A stretch of DNA of 64,000 bases from Sphyrna mokarran (taxonomy: Eukaryota). The stretch spans positions 2,170,001 to 2,234,000 of the forward strand of contig JAGIQG010000016.1 in the NCBI GenBank assembly GCA_024679065.1. Reading direction: 5' to 3'. Position numbers and translations under genes: made by a program. Of this stretch, positions 47,206 through 60,290 are shown piece after piece. The notes beneath the pieces were generated by a model. That model had not been told where the DNA came from. It searched no databases and saw only the letters and a program-made list of their open reading frames with translations. Each line of letters starts with the position of its first letter. Position 1 is the stretch's first letter.

Positions 47206-47302
47206 TTTCTCACACACTTGAAAATGATGAATCCAATTAGTCCAATGCAGAAAGTGCTTCCAGCTCCAAGCAATCCTGCTATCCATTGGTTGAAATCTCG
47301 AT
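47206..47302 (-). CDS. Gene B transmembrane exon (Y)RDFNQWIAGLLGAGSTFCIGLIGFIIFKCVR(K)
   Basis: 97 nt, phase 1-2, AG/GTAAG. Translated by hand because this frame is not in the ORF track. Confidence 0.88.
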
Positions 47303-47402
47303 CTGTAAAAATAACCAATGAGTGATCCCAGTACAGTTTTAGAATGGTTCTGAGATGTACATGTAGTCATTCTGAACTTGTGAAGTCATATCTGTCTATA
47401 CA

Positions 47403-48631
47403 GGGTAGGTCGTGCCTCACAACCCTTATTGAGTTTTTTGAGGAGGTGACCAAAGAGGTAGATAAGGGTAAGTCAGTTGATGTAGTGTATATGGATTTTA
47501 GCAAAGCATTTGATAAGGTTCCCCATGGTAGGCTACTGCAGAAAGTGCAGATGCATTGGATTGAAGGTGATTTAGCAGTTTGGATTAGGAATTGGTTAGC
47601 TGATAGAAGACAGAGGGTGGTGGTGGATGGGAAATATTCAACCTGGAGTGCAGTTACAAGTGGTGTACCTCAAGGATCTGTTTTAGGGCCACTGCTGTTT
47701 GTCATTTTTATAAATGACCTAGATGAGGGTGTAGAGGGTTGGATTAGTAAATTTGCTGACGATACCAAAGTGGGGGGAGTTGTAGACAGCGAGGATGGAT
47801 GTTACAGTTTGCAGAGGGACATAGATAGGTTGCAGAGCTGGGCCGTGAGGTGGCAAATGGAATTCAATACGGATAAGTGTGAGGTGATTCACTTTGGTAG
47901 GAATAACAGGCATATGAAATATAGGGCTAATGGAAGGACCCTTAATAGTGTTGTCGAGCAGAGGGATCTTGGGGTACAAGTACATAGCTCTTTGAAAGTT
48001 GGCACCCAGGTTGATAAAGTTGTTAAGAAGGCGTACGGTGTGTTAGCTTTTATTGGTAGAGGGATTGAATTTAGGAGCCGTGAGGTTATGTTACAACTGT
48101 ACAAAACTCTGGTGCGGCCGCACTTGGAGTATTGCGTACAGTTCTGGTCGCCGCATTATAAGAAAGATGTGGAAGCATTGGAAAGGGTGCAGAGGAGGTT
48201 TACCAGGATGTTGCCTGGTATGGTGGGAAGGCCTTATGAGGAAAGGCTGAGGGACCTGAGGTTATTTTCATTAGAGAGAAGAAGGTTACGCGGTGACCTA
48301 ATTGAGGCGTATAAGATGATCAAGGGATTGGATAGGGTGGATAGTGAGAGCCTTTTTCCTCGGATGGTGATGACCAACACGAGGGGACATAACTTTAAAT
48401 TAAGAGGTGGTAGTTATAGGACGGATGTCAGAGGCAGGTTCTTTACACAGAGGGTGGTGAGGGCGTGGAATGCCCTGCCTGCAGCAGTTGTGGACTCGCC
48501 TACTTTGGGGACATTCAAATGTTTGGTGGATAGGCATATGGATGATATTGGAGTAGTTTAGGTTAGAGGGTCCACTGGCCGGCGTAACATCGAGGGCCGA
48601 AGGGCCTGTACTGCGCTGTAATGTTCTATGT
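47403..48631 (+). mobile_element. Young 5'-truncated CR1 with uninterrupted RT C-terminal half
   Basis: Open frame to 48561. TSD TCTATACA at 47395-47402 and 48632-48639. Lies about 100 bp from the TM exon acceptor. Confidence 0.95.
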
Positions 48632-48815
48632 TCTATACATGTAAGGTCAAGACAAGTTGCATTCATCTCAACAATATTTCTATCCTATATTTATATACAC
48701 TGGTTTCTGTAAGTAGGAATCATATATAACTAGATACCAAATAGCTGAAGTGGCACATCATGCTAAATAGTGAAAGCAGCATGTTATTGGCAGTGTTAAG
48801 TGATCCCATAACCAA

Positions 48816-48944
48816 CGGATCAGTCCTGCCACATCCAGTTGTGAATGGCATTGCATAATTAAAGAACTAACTAGAACTAACTCTTCTAGTTAGTTCTTTA
48901 ATTATGCAACGCCATTCACAACTGGATGTGGCAGGACTGATCCG
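48816..48944. repeat. Near-perfect palindrome: 61-bp arms, 7-nt loop
   Basis: 48816-48876 is the reverse complement of 48884-48944 with one mismatch. Confidence 0.97.
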
Positions 48945-50425
48945 ATATTTGTGGAGCCTCAAATATCTCCATTCTCAATGATGAGGGAGTCCAGCACATC
49001 AGTGCAAAGATTCGAATTAATGTTCAAGAGGCATCTGGATAGATGCAAGAATAGGCAGGGAATAGAGAGAAATGGACCACCTTGAGGTAAGAAAATATTA
49101 GATGAGATATTAGCATCTATCTTGGCACAGACTTGGTAGGCCAAAGGGCCTATTACTGTGCTATACCCTTTTGTTTGCTTTGTTCAGACTGAAGCATTTG
49201 CACCTTCTTCAGTCAGGAATGTCAAGTGGATGATTCATCCCAGTAGCCTCCAGCATCACAGATGTCAGTCTTCAGCCAATTCGATTTACTCCATGTGTTA
49301 GCAAGAAATGGTTAAAGACATTGGCTGCTGCCTGGCTATGGGCTCTGATAACACCCTGGCAGTGGTATTGAAAGTTGTGCTCCAGAACTTACTGCAAAAC
49401 CAATCCAGCCAGTTACTACGCCATCAGTCTACTCTCGATCTTGAGCAAAGTGGGGGAAGGTGTCATCAACAGTGTTATCAAGCAGCACTTACTGTGAAAT
49501 AACCTACTCTTTGGATTCTGCCAAAACCACTTATTTTCACTCCTTTGGCCTTGGGTCCAATCATGTACAAAATAACAGAATTCCACTGGTGAGGTGAGAG
49601 TAGCTGTCCTTGGTATCAAGGTAGCATTTGAGTACGGCATCAAGGAACCCTGGCAAAACAGAATCTGATTGGAATTGGAGAAACTCTCCATTGGTTGGAG
49701 TCATACCTGACTCAAAGGAAGATGGGTATGGTGGTTGGAGATCAACCGTCTCTGCTCCAGGACATCACTGCAGGAATCCCTCAGGGTGATGTCAAAGGCC
49801 TGACAGACAAACAGCTAAAGCAAAGTTTTTGAAAATTTTAAAAGTGAAAATAGATAGATTCTTGATAAACAAGATGATTGAAGTCTATCAGGGATAGGCA
49901 GGAGGTTAGAATCAGATCAGCCACAATTTTATTGAATAGAGGAGCAGGTTCAAAGGGCTAAGTGACCTATTTTTGCTCCGAATCCAGATGTTCATATGAG
50001 AGAATCTAACCTTCACCTCTTGACATTCAATGATGTTATCACCATATAATTCCCCACAATTATCATTGACTAGAAACTGAACTGAATTAGCCTCATAAAT
50101 ATTGTGACTGAAAATGCAGATCAAAGGCTGGAAATTCTGCGAGTAACTCACCTGCTGAATCACGAAAGACTGTCCACATTCTTACAAGGCACCAATCAGG
50201 AGTGTGTTGAAGTACTCACCACTTGACTGGATGAGTGCAGCCCAACAACAATCAAGAAGCTCAACACCATCCAGCCCAGAGCAACACTGTGTGCCAACCT
50301 GCACAACACAGACTGCATCAAAGCTTCACCCCCACTTTCCAAATGCAAGAATTTCAGATTCTGCCAAAAATGTACAAATTGCATAAGCTTCTGAAAACAG
50401 GATGTCAGTGTTTGTGTGTACTCAC

Positions 50426-50707
50426 ATTCCACAGTGATGGTGATGGACCCCTCCACTGATCCATGTTCATTCTCTGCCGCACACTGATAGTCTCCAGTGT
50501 ACCAGGATGTAACGTGAGGAATCATCAACCACAGCTCATTGTTGAAACTTGTTCTATTCATCAGGACATTAAGATGTTTCCAGGTCAGATGAGAAGCTGG
50601 AAAGCTTTCGACAGAGCAGATTATCACTGTGGAACCCCCCTCAATTAAACTGATCGATGAAGAGTTATTTGTATCAGCATTAGTCACTGAGAGATTCTGT
50701 GGAGCAT
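50426..50707 (-). CDS. Gene B second C2-type Ig exon
   Basis: 282 nt, phase 1-1, ttttttcAG and GTGAG. Paralogue of 8404-8679 (6 nt longer). Confidence 0.92.
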
Positions 50708-50835
50708 CTGAAAAAAACAAATATCAGTTAACTTCCATTGTGAAGCACACTGAAAGACTCTGAGAATATTGTAGGTGTGATATCAATGTAGGTTATTTCA
50801 CAAAAAGCATGGAATCTAAATGGACACTTCAATTT

Positions 50836-51445
50836 AGTACTGAGGGAGTGCCACACTGTCAGAATGTCAGTGCTGAGGTATTGCCGCACTGTTAGAGAGT
50901 CAGTACATCATGAGTGCCACACAGTCAGAGCATCAGTGCTGAAGGAGTACCACACTGTTAGAGGGTCAATACTGACGGAGTGCCATACTATCATAGGGTC
51001 AGTACAGAGGAAATGCCGGGTTTCAGAAGGTCAGTGCTGACAGAGTGCCGCACTGTTAGAGGGTCAGTGCTGAGGGAGTGCCGCACTGTTAGAGAGTCAG
51101 TATTGATGGAATTCCACATTGTCGGAGTGCCGCACTGTCAGAGGGTCAGTGCTGAAGGAGTGCTGCAATGTCAGAAGACCAGTACTGAGGGAATGCTGTA
51201 CTGTCAGAGGGTCAGTGCTGAAGGAGTGCCACACTGTCAGAGGGTCAGTGCTGAGGGAGTGCCGCACTGTCAGAGGGTCAGTGCTGAAGGAGTGCCGCAC
51301 TGTCAGAGGGTCAGTGCTGAGGGAGTGCCGCACTGTCAGAGGGTCAGTGCTGAAGGAGTGCCGCACTGTCAGAGGGTCAGTGCTGAGGGAGCGCCGCACT
51401 GTCAGAGGGTCAGTGCTGAGGGAGTGCCACACTGTCAGAAGGTCA
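50836..51445 (+). repeat. 33-bp minisatellite at the position paralogous to 8797-9566
   Basis: Same unit, same intron (between the two C2 exons). Confidence 0.96.
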
Positions 51446-51665
51446 GAAGTGATGAAACACTACATGGTCACAGGGGATGTCAAACTGATTTCCCTTTCTC
51501 AGGCAATTAATCAGCTGATAATATTCAATACAGAGTTCACTTGAGTCATTTGTTACCACTCAACAACAGATGATCTGCTTCTTACCACATTGTTGTTGGT
51601 GGGATCTTGCTGTCAATAACCTAAACCGTTACATGTGATGTAGAATGAATTATATCTGTACTTAC

Positions 51666-51959
51666 ATTGCACAGTTAGTGTGAGGGTCCGCTCTAATGTA
51701 ACAGATGGATATTTCACTCTGCAGGTGAGATTGTGTCCGTGGTGTTTGGGTGATGGGACCAGGGTCAGAATAGAAGTATAGGTCAGAGTGGCACCATACT
51801 GAGTTACAGTGTTTGAGACTGATTCAAGTATGTCAGTGGGAGTGTCCCAGGTTAAGGCAGGTGCTGTTCCATTGCACGTTGTATTGAAGGTGCAGCTTAT
51901 GTTCACACGCTTTCCTGCAATAATTTCAGGAGGGAATATTGTGGGTTTATCTGTGAAAT
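51666..51959 (-). CDS. Gene B first C2-set Ig exon with mutated acceptor (GG); in-frame cryptic AG 9 nt downstream
   Basis: Open 294-nt frame, about 85% aa identity to 9796-10089. Acceptor reads tgttGG where gene A has tgttAG. tttcacAG at 51951-51952 would give an in-frame 285-nt exon. Confidence 0.8.
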
Positions 51960-52299
51960 CCAACACACAGAGAATGGATCCTTTTAGATAAATATAACAT
52001 GAAGCATCAGTTCAAATAGAAATCACAGCTCCACAAAAGAGATCACTATCACAAGGATGAAATCAGAAATGACATTCCAGTGATTAAGCAAGAACAAGAT
52101 GGGCTTCTTTTTTTTTCAGAAATGAGAAGCTGAAGGCTAATCTTATATAAAACAAATCAATATGGCATGTGTCAAAAAAAAAGTTCCACTTGTATAGCTG
52201 ACCAGAGCTAGGAGTCATCAATATCAAGTATTCAGTCACAGGACTCCGACAGAAGGCTGCCATCCAGCTCATTGAGTCTGTCCCAACTCCAAAAGAACA

Positions 52300-52565
52300 T
52301 TTTATGCAGGCCTTATTCCCACAACTCCATATATTTACCCTGCTAATCCCCTAATCTATTCATCCTGTGATACAGAGGGGCAATTTTTTTCACCAATCCA
52401 CCTAACCTGCACATGTTTGGACTATGGAAGGAAACCAGAGCACTCAGAGGAAACCCATGCAGACATGGGGAGAACATGCAAACTCCACACAGACAGTGAC
52501 CTAAAGCTGGAATTAAATCTGGGTCCTTGACAATGAGGCAGCAGCACTAACCACTGTGCCACCCA
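52300..52565 (-). mobile_element. HE1-like V-SINE
   Basis: Minus strand gggtggcacagtggttagtgctgctgcctca...gtggagtttgcatgttctcccc. Confidence 0.78.
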
Positions 52566-54326
52566 TTTCAAGGCCAGTTTGAATTGGTCCCTTTCACTGC
52601 CCATTATCAAATATATTTGTGTATGAATATATGTGGTTTCTTACCCACGAAGGACTTGCATCAATTTAAACAAGGCAGCAGCAAGCTTGTATATTTAAAA
52701 ATGAAGATTTGTTTATTTCTCGTACATTTGCTCCAGAAGTTAACAAAAAGGTGACATTTCACTCACACAACTCATCTTCACACAAAAAGACTAAACAATG
52801 AAAATGGAATTTAAATTATTGCAAGCTTAATGTTTCATAATTAAGTTTTAGCTGAAATGAAAATTTCTAAAATGCAGAGATTTTTTAGTGGTTGCGAATG
52901 ATTCCTCAAGTTGATTTGCCCAGAGATGGATTTCACAGGTTGTCTTCCAGGTACAACCACTGAGGGGAGAGAGAGGTTTAATTTCTCTTTCAAGATGTTG
53001 TGGGTAGTTACTTTACTGTTTAATTGGCTGCAGTGGTCAATGGTTTTCTTCTCTCTAATGGAATTCTGACTGTGTCTCTTGTACAATACTGTGCCTTTAC
53101 GAAATGTATTTTTGTTATGATTCTTGTGCAGGATCTGTTTTCACAGTTTTTTGTATTATCAGTTTTGTTCTGTCAATAATTGACATCCTGGATTATTACC
53201 GCAGCAGCATAACTGCTTCTATTTGCTAAAATATTTGTTTAAATCTAGACTAATGTTGTTCTGTTGTTTTGAGTGGTTCACCTGGAGTTTTGAGAGTAGG
53301 ATTTGATTAGGTTGATTGATAGATCAAGTCATACAACTGGGTGGAGCTGGACTTATACAGAGAATTCAAGTTTAATTGCTGTTTAGATGCTGCTTTTGAG
53401 TTGAATTATTCTCCCCTCTCTGAAGTTAGAAATTGGAATCTGACAGCAGATAAGTCACTTTTCTTGGATGTTGCTGTTTGGGAGTTCCAGATAAAGGTAT
53501 TCCTTTCTGCCTCTGAAGTCTGGAGACTGAAAGCTACCATAGAACATAGAACATAGAACATTACAGCGCAGTACAGGCCCTTCGGCCCTCGATGTTGCGC
53601 CAGCCAGTGGATCCTCTAACCAGATATTAGGTTTACTTCTCTGAAGTTCTGTTTTTTGAGGATATAGGCTTCTTTGGAAACTGCTGTCTAGATCTCTGTC
53701 CAGAAGTGTTAACAAGCTGGAAATATAGCGCCTCATGAGCATTATTGTTTTTTTTTTGCTAATTAATTCTGAGCGAGGGTCAATGATTGTGGGGATATTA
53801 GTTACATTGGAACAATAGTGACATCTAGCTGTTAAAACCTATACTTTACCATATTTAGGTGTTTTAATTGGTAAAAGGTGGGCTGATTAATTTGGTTATA
53901 TTTTAACTGTGTTCTTAAATGAAGTTTGTTTTGATAAACGCTTCCTAGTGGGTCAATCAAATCATACTTGGAGTGAAACACCCTAATTCTAAAATCAAAA
54001 GGAAAAGTTGGGGTCTGCTCTAACTTCATAAATACCTTAGAGTTTCTGATCTGGGCCCCAACACTCTGAATATGTCTCGAAAAACCTGTTTGAATATTCT
54101 GCTGTTTCTTGTAACAAGGAACCAATATGGCCACTGTATCATCTGACTATGCATCAGTGTCTATTCACAGTTCCAAAGAAGAGATTGTGGTAATTTAGTT
54201 AGTCATCTTCCAACTGTATTTGCAAATTGACATTTTTGCAAAGAAGGTGTCAATAAAGTTTAATTTATGCACTAGTAGAAGCCACAGTGAGAAAATTTTT
54301 TTAAAAAATGATCTTTGCTCTCTTTG

Positions 54327-54625
54327 TGCATGGTGCCACAGTGTTTAACACTGCTGTCTCATCACCCCAGCAACCCAGGTCAGGTCACTGTCCGTGTGGA
54401 GTTTGTACATTATCCCTGTGTCTACCTGGGTTACCTCTAGGGGCTCCAGTTTTCTTCCATAGTTCAGAGGTGAGCAGGTTAGGTGGATTGGCCATGCTAA
54501 TTTGTCCTTTAGTGTCAGAGGAATTAACAGGGTTAATATGCAGAGTTACAGGGATAGGGATTGGGATTGTTGTCGGTGCAGGCTCAGTGGGCTGGATGGC
54601 CCCTTTCTGTACTATAGGCATTCTA
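54327..54625 (+). mobile_element. HE1-like V-SINE
   Basis: tRNA head, V-domain and ggattggccatgctaa segment. Confidence 0.72.
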
Positions 54626-56416
54626 CAAAACTGGTTTAATTCATAAAACCATATCATAACTCTGAAAATCCATCTTTAGTGACAGTTTTATTTGTTGGGA
54701 AATGTGGGTTTTCCCAAAAAAAATTCTCAGCTTCCAAGGTGCAGGATATTGGGAGTAAATCCCACTTTTTTTTAGCATGATTTCCAGAATGAATATCTGA
54801 CATTCTGATCAGACAGCGTGATTCACTCTGGAAATGTGTGGGTGGGACCTATTCCTGCCCAAGAGGCCAACAGCATAGTGCTGAGTGCGCAACTGGGCAT
54901 GCGCCAATCTGTCAGCGCGGAGATCTGCGTGAGCGCAGTGGTCTCCCGTTGCTGGCATCCAGATCACTGGATAACCCAATTGCTGGCCTGCCGATGTCCC
55001 CTCCCACCCTCTGACCGCTGGCCTCCCAGACCTCCTCAGGCCAGACACTATGTTCCTCCCCTCCAACCCTGACAATCCGGAACTCTCCCAGACAATCCCG
55101 ACACACACCCCCACCCTGATGGCCAGCCCCAATCGCTGGCCTCCCTCCCTCCCCGCCCCACCGATCCCTAAGTAGATTGGCAGTGGGTCGCACCCCACCT
55201 TGCCCTGCCCAATGCCCCCTGGGCATTGGCACTTTGTCCCTTGGGCGATGCCAGGGATCACAGGCTGCTATTGCCAAGGTGCCATGCCCAGGAGGCACCT
55301 CCCCACTGTCCAGCCCCCTGGGTAGGTTCCAATTTCTCCCACTTTGCTTCAGTGGAATTGGGTCTCCTGCTCCCCAAAAGTGGGGAGTTACCTTATGTGC
55401 CACTGGAATGAGCCATTCTAGTGGGGGAGGGGAGGTGCTAGATGTCTCTTCCATAATACCTGTCTTTCCCTACCGATTTCCAGTGCAGATATAAAGCTGC
55501 TGGAAACCCAGCACTGGGGGATGCTAACGGGCCGGACACCCAGCACAAACCACATTCTTTGGGCTCCACTGAAATCTCCAAGGGGAGAATCATCCCCATG
55601 ACTTTTCACTGTGTATCAATACAATGACAATAATAAATCAAACCAAATAATTTGCTAACTTCAGTGTCTGTCTTTTAGTCAGAGTGTCTTGAATTGATAA
55701 TAATAGGGTGAAGGAACAGCTACACCTTGGACAGCATCAGCTAATTACTTCCTCAAAAATCACTTCATAGTTAAAATCACCCCTGTCTGTAGCAGGAAAT
55801 AAATAGTTCAAAACCAATATCTCTAACCCAGCAGCAAAAACATATGATCAGGTTATTTATCTCATTGCTGTTTGTAGCATAAAGCGACACACAGATTGTT
55901 GCTATACTCCTAAATATTTCATTGTTTCTCAGTTGATTTGGGACGTGTTGAGGTTGTGAAATGTGCTGCAGAAATGTGAGGGGGTGATATTACCAAACAA
56001 TTCTAACAAAAATGAAAATGGAAGAGAATTGCTTCCATTTTTCAGTCGAGCTCCCAGTTGCAATCATATAGCACTTAGAAAATATATTAGGCAAAATGTG
56101 ATTCTCACCAGCAAGAGGGTGGGCAGAGGGTGAATTCTGAGACCACCGTTGTGCATTTGTGCCAATTCCCTAGTGCGCTGTGCAGTGTGTAAATAGTACA
56201 CTGGCAGATCTATCACTTCCCTCATTCTCCGAAAACCCTGCCCCACCACCTGCCAATCGATGCCCTGGATGATCGGTGTACTGGTCGATCACCATCTCCG
56301 GACAACCACACTGGCCGATTGCCGTCCCTGACCCCATCCCATCTCTGCCACAATTTGTGTTATTTCCCATTGAGAGTTGAATGTGAATTATTGAGTAATT
56401 ATAACACAGCACTTAC

Positions 56417-56785
56417 GAGAAACGCAAAGACGTGTAACTGGGTAATAGTTATGGCTGCGACCATTGTCAAATTCTATTCTGAAAAAATAAGGTCCAGTAT
56501 CTTCATATTTGACGTTGTTTATAATTAGAGAACAATTGCCATCTTTCAGGTCTCCAGACAGCCGGGTCCGATGACGGAACTCTGGCAACTCGTGATTGTG
56601 ATCCTTGGAGTGAAAGGCTAGAGGAGCCCAGGGAATCTGTTTCTCAGCATAAAACCAGACTCCACCTCGAGGCACATTTTCCAAATCTTTTGGATAACTG
56701 TAATGACATGGAATCTGTACATGTGAACCTTCCTGCGCTGTCACCTCTCGTGGAGTTTTGCTTTTCCACTCTTCTGACAGTCCAA
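56417..56785 (-). CDS. Gene B V-set exon (VGLSEEW...GSHVQIPC...DGNCSL...DTGPYFFRIEF)
   Basis: 369 nt, phase 1-1, AG/GTAAG. Essential Arg kept; first Cys of CxxIPC replaced by His. Confidence 0.92.
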
Positions 56786-59449
56786 CTGGGAAGAGAAATT
56801 TCAACATTTGACACTGGATGGATTATAGATCCACTAGATTCAATGTCCAGCTTACCCTCGTCTCCCCTCCACCCCCTCCCCTTGCATCACTGCTGCACAG
56901 TGACCACAGTGTGGACCATCTACAGGGCACATAAGGAACTACCTAAAGTTTCCCAATAGATGAAAGAGAATCCTGGACACAGGAGTGGACAAATTCATTC
57001 TGCATTAACTCATGGTCCTCATGACCCTGTTTACTGAAGCCAGTCTTCATTGTCAAAAAATCTCTTTCGATCCTTATTGTCTGAGGAATCTCTTTGGATT
57101 CACATTGTCTGAAGTAGATGATCAAAGTGTTGAAAAATCATGAAGGGCTCTGGGAAAGAGTAGAGAGGAAGAAACTGTTCTCATTGGTAGACTGATCAAG
57201 AACCAGTGGATGCAAATCAAAGATAATTGGTGAAAGAGATGACGACAGCACAGGGAAAGACTTTTTCACCCAGCAAGTGCTTAGGATCAAGAATCCACTG
57301 TCTAAGAGCTGGGGGAAGGTAGATTCAATTGAAGATTTCAAAAGAGAATTTGGATCAGAATGTGCAGGAGAATGAGAAAGTGGAGGGGCAGAGTGGGGCT
57401 GGGTGAATTGCTCTTTCAGAGAGATAGCACAGAAGCGGTGGGCCGAATAGTGTCCTGATGTAACCATCTGATGATCTATTGAATGAGAGTAATTCTCCAT
57501 ATCTTTCCTTAACTGTAGTGCAACACCACTGAGCAGGTGGACTATGTTTTACTCTACATAGCAATTTGCTGTGATCTGAAGGTATTGTCTGAAAGAGCAG
57601 TGGAGACAGATTCAGTAGGAACTTAAAGGATTTAGATAAATAGTTGAAAAAAATATACAGCTCCGTGGGGGAAAGAGCAGAGTAGAATGGGAATAATTGG
57701 AAAGCTCTTTCAAAGATTTTAGAATCTATAAAAATCCAGTAACTGTTACCACTCAAGGCAGTATTGGGGGATATTTCTGAGTAAAGCAGCAGCTTACTTT
57801 TCAAATCAGGCTTTTTTCACAGAAATTACTCACTGACAGTTAAACCTAAGAATGATGGATCAAATAGCCTCCTTTAGCACTGCATCATTCTATGGTTTTA
57901 TATTGGCATCATGAAAATATCAGGAAAACACCATAAATCAGAATATTTTCTGTTCAATACTTTATATTGTAAAACTGTTGGAGAAATGTAACCTAATTAA
58001 ATCAGGGACAGGGTGATTGTGAATAGAAATAGTTCATTTGATATATGGCTGAAAGTGTATACACTGCAAAAGATGTCCACCAAAGACAAGTTACTAACAA
58101 TGGGGGATTTGAAGGGGTTGTTAAGGATTCAAAAGAAGAAATGCAAGGTGTGAGAAAGCGATGTGAAGAAGAGATGCACCAAGTGAGTTTACTTCACTCT
58201 TAAAATCCAAAAGCTAAAATCCAGAGATCAGGGTAATTAAGTCTAAGGGAGTGCAGTTCTAAAGAAGTTAGTCAAATAAGGAAAAGGTCAAAGGGGAGAA
58301 AATTTAATCCTGTGCAGAGAGCTGTTTTGTAGACCTTCCCAAGCAAAAAGGAACTCATAGTGAGTAGTTTCTATGGAGAAAGCCTGATTTAAAAAGCAAG
58401 CTGCTGGTTTACCTCAGAAGCAATCCTAACAGACATAGCTATCTTGTGCGGTTACAGTTACTGGATTTTTATAGATCTTAAAATCTACAAGACGTTGTGC
58501 ACCAGTCTGGGGCAAGTTAGCTCTGAAGGTAGTTAAGATTATTTGCAACTCTTTAAATTGATGATATTGTGGATAGGATTTTCCAGCTCTTCCCGCTAGT
58601 GAGATCTTCAAGTCATGTTGAAGGTGGCACCGGGGATGGATTCCCTGTGATAGGATGAGCGAAATAACATAAACTTGGCCGGAACTGGAAGACTCTCTGG
58701 CAGCCAGTGACGAGGGACCTCCAAGGAGAGTTCACTGGTGAGCAGACAGCTCATAAAGCGGCACCAGTTTTTCGTATGGACATCAGGGAAGGCCACATGT
58801 GGATCAGGTAAAAGGCCACAGGGCTAAGGCGCAAAGGCCTCGGAGTTTAGCTGCAAATGTCTTGATGAAGAGGGGCAAAGGCCTTGGGGTGACATAAGGG
58901 AGATTCAGTGTAAGGGAGGATAACCCAGGCCCTCTGGGGAGAAGATTAGGGGGTAGTGGGAGAAAGCATACAGACCAAAAGAGGAAGATAGTCAAGTGTT
59001 AAAATCACAGTTCCTGAGGCTGCCTTCTGCTCCTGGGCCATAGGCCAAATGAAAAATTGGGCTGGTGGGTGGTTGGTCAGTCATCAGGGGCTGATGGATG
59101 CACTCACATTTTGTGGGAAAGGGAATGGGGGTGAGAGGGCAGTCTGCAGGCTTATTACCGACAAGAGTAAGTCTAATAATCAGTTGTGTCAGGTCATTCA
59201 GCTACAACTTAATTAGCATGCCTATTGGCTAACTACTTATCCAGTTATGCCCAGTACAGCAGAACTGATTTGTGTGAGTGCCACTGATTGCTGCACAGCA
59301 GTTAACTTTTGGTGCTCTGACCTCCACATTGAGTGAGTGCTATAGTGTAGTGAGTGCTGCACCCTGTTCAACTAAGCAAGTACATACATCTTCTTGAACT
59401 GTTTTCAAAGGCACATTGCCTGAGGAGAATCCTCTGAATGTTAAAAGGT

Positions 59450-60290
59450 GCACTGAGGTGCATTTTGACAGGTGCCCCATTGACCCGTTGGGTACAAGCT
59501 TTAGAGTGAAGCTTGAGACAAGCCTACACCAGAGATGAGAGCTCAGGATGCAGTAGAGTGGCCAAAGTTGTGGTTCCTCTGTCAAGTTGCATGGAGCAAA
59601 GTTGACCTGGAGGGACATCCACTGCCTGAGGCTTTGAAAGTCACAGCTTCTTTCAACTTTTATGTGTTTCGTTCCTTCCTGGGCTCCATGAGTGACTTTT
59701 GTGGCATCCCATAAGCCTCTGCAGAGAAGTGTATCCAGGAGGTGAAGAACTTTGTGAGGGCACACAACTTTGTCCATTTTAACTCGGATCAGGCAGGAAC
59801 AATGAGAGTCACTCAGATGCCTGGGTTTTCACAAGTGCCGGGTGCCATCAACTGCACTCACATGGCTCTCAGATCCCCATGGCTTCAAGGAGTGCGGTGT
59901 GAACTGCAAGGGCTTCCACTCCAAATGTTCAACTGATCACATACAATCAATCCTCCAGATGTGTGCTCTGATCTATGGGATCAACGTATACATCCTGAGC
60001 TGATCTAAGATCCCTGGTACGTTTGAGAATCTATGTCAGCTACAGGGTTGACTCTTTCACGCCATGGGATACCCACTGAAGATGTAGCTAGTGACACTAT
60101 GCTGAGGTCACAGAGTACAACTGAGGCTAAATACAATGAGGTGGAACAGACCATAGAGATAGTGAAGAGCTAGTTCCAGTGCCTGGAGCAGCCTGGTGGA
60201 ACCCTGCAGTGCAGTCCATAGAAGCTGCAATGCATAGGTCTATTGGGACCTATACAACCTGGTGCTTTAATGAGAAGAGGAACACTCTGA
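59450..60290 (+). mobile_element. Decayed PIF/Harbinger transposase fragment
   Basis: PGFSQVPGAINCTHMALRSP followed by VNCKGFHS, matching the Harbinger GAIDCTH...NRKGFHS motifs. Frameshifted. Confidence 0.75.

Noticed and set aside
54809-55609. Overlapping GC-rich ORFs on both strands
   Set aside because: No domain motifs or splice structure; the region resembles a non-autonomous DNA-transposon interior.
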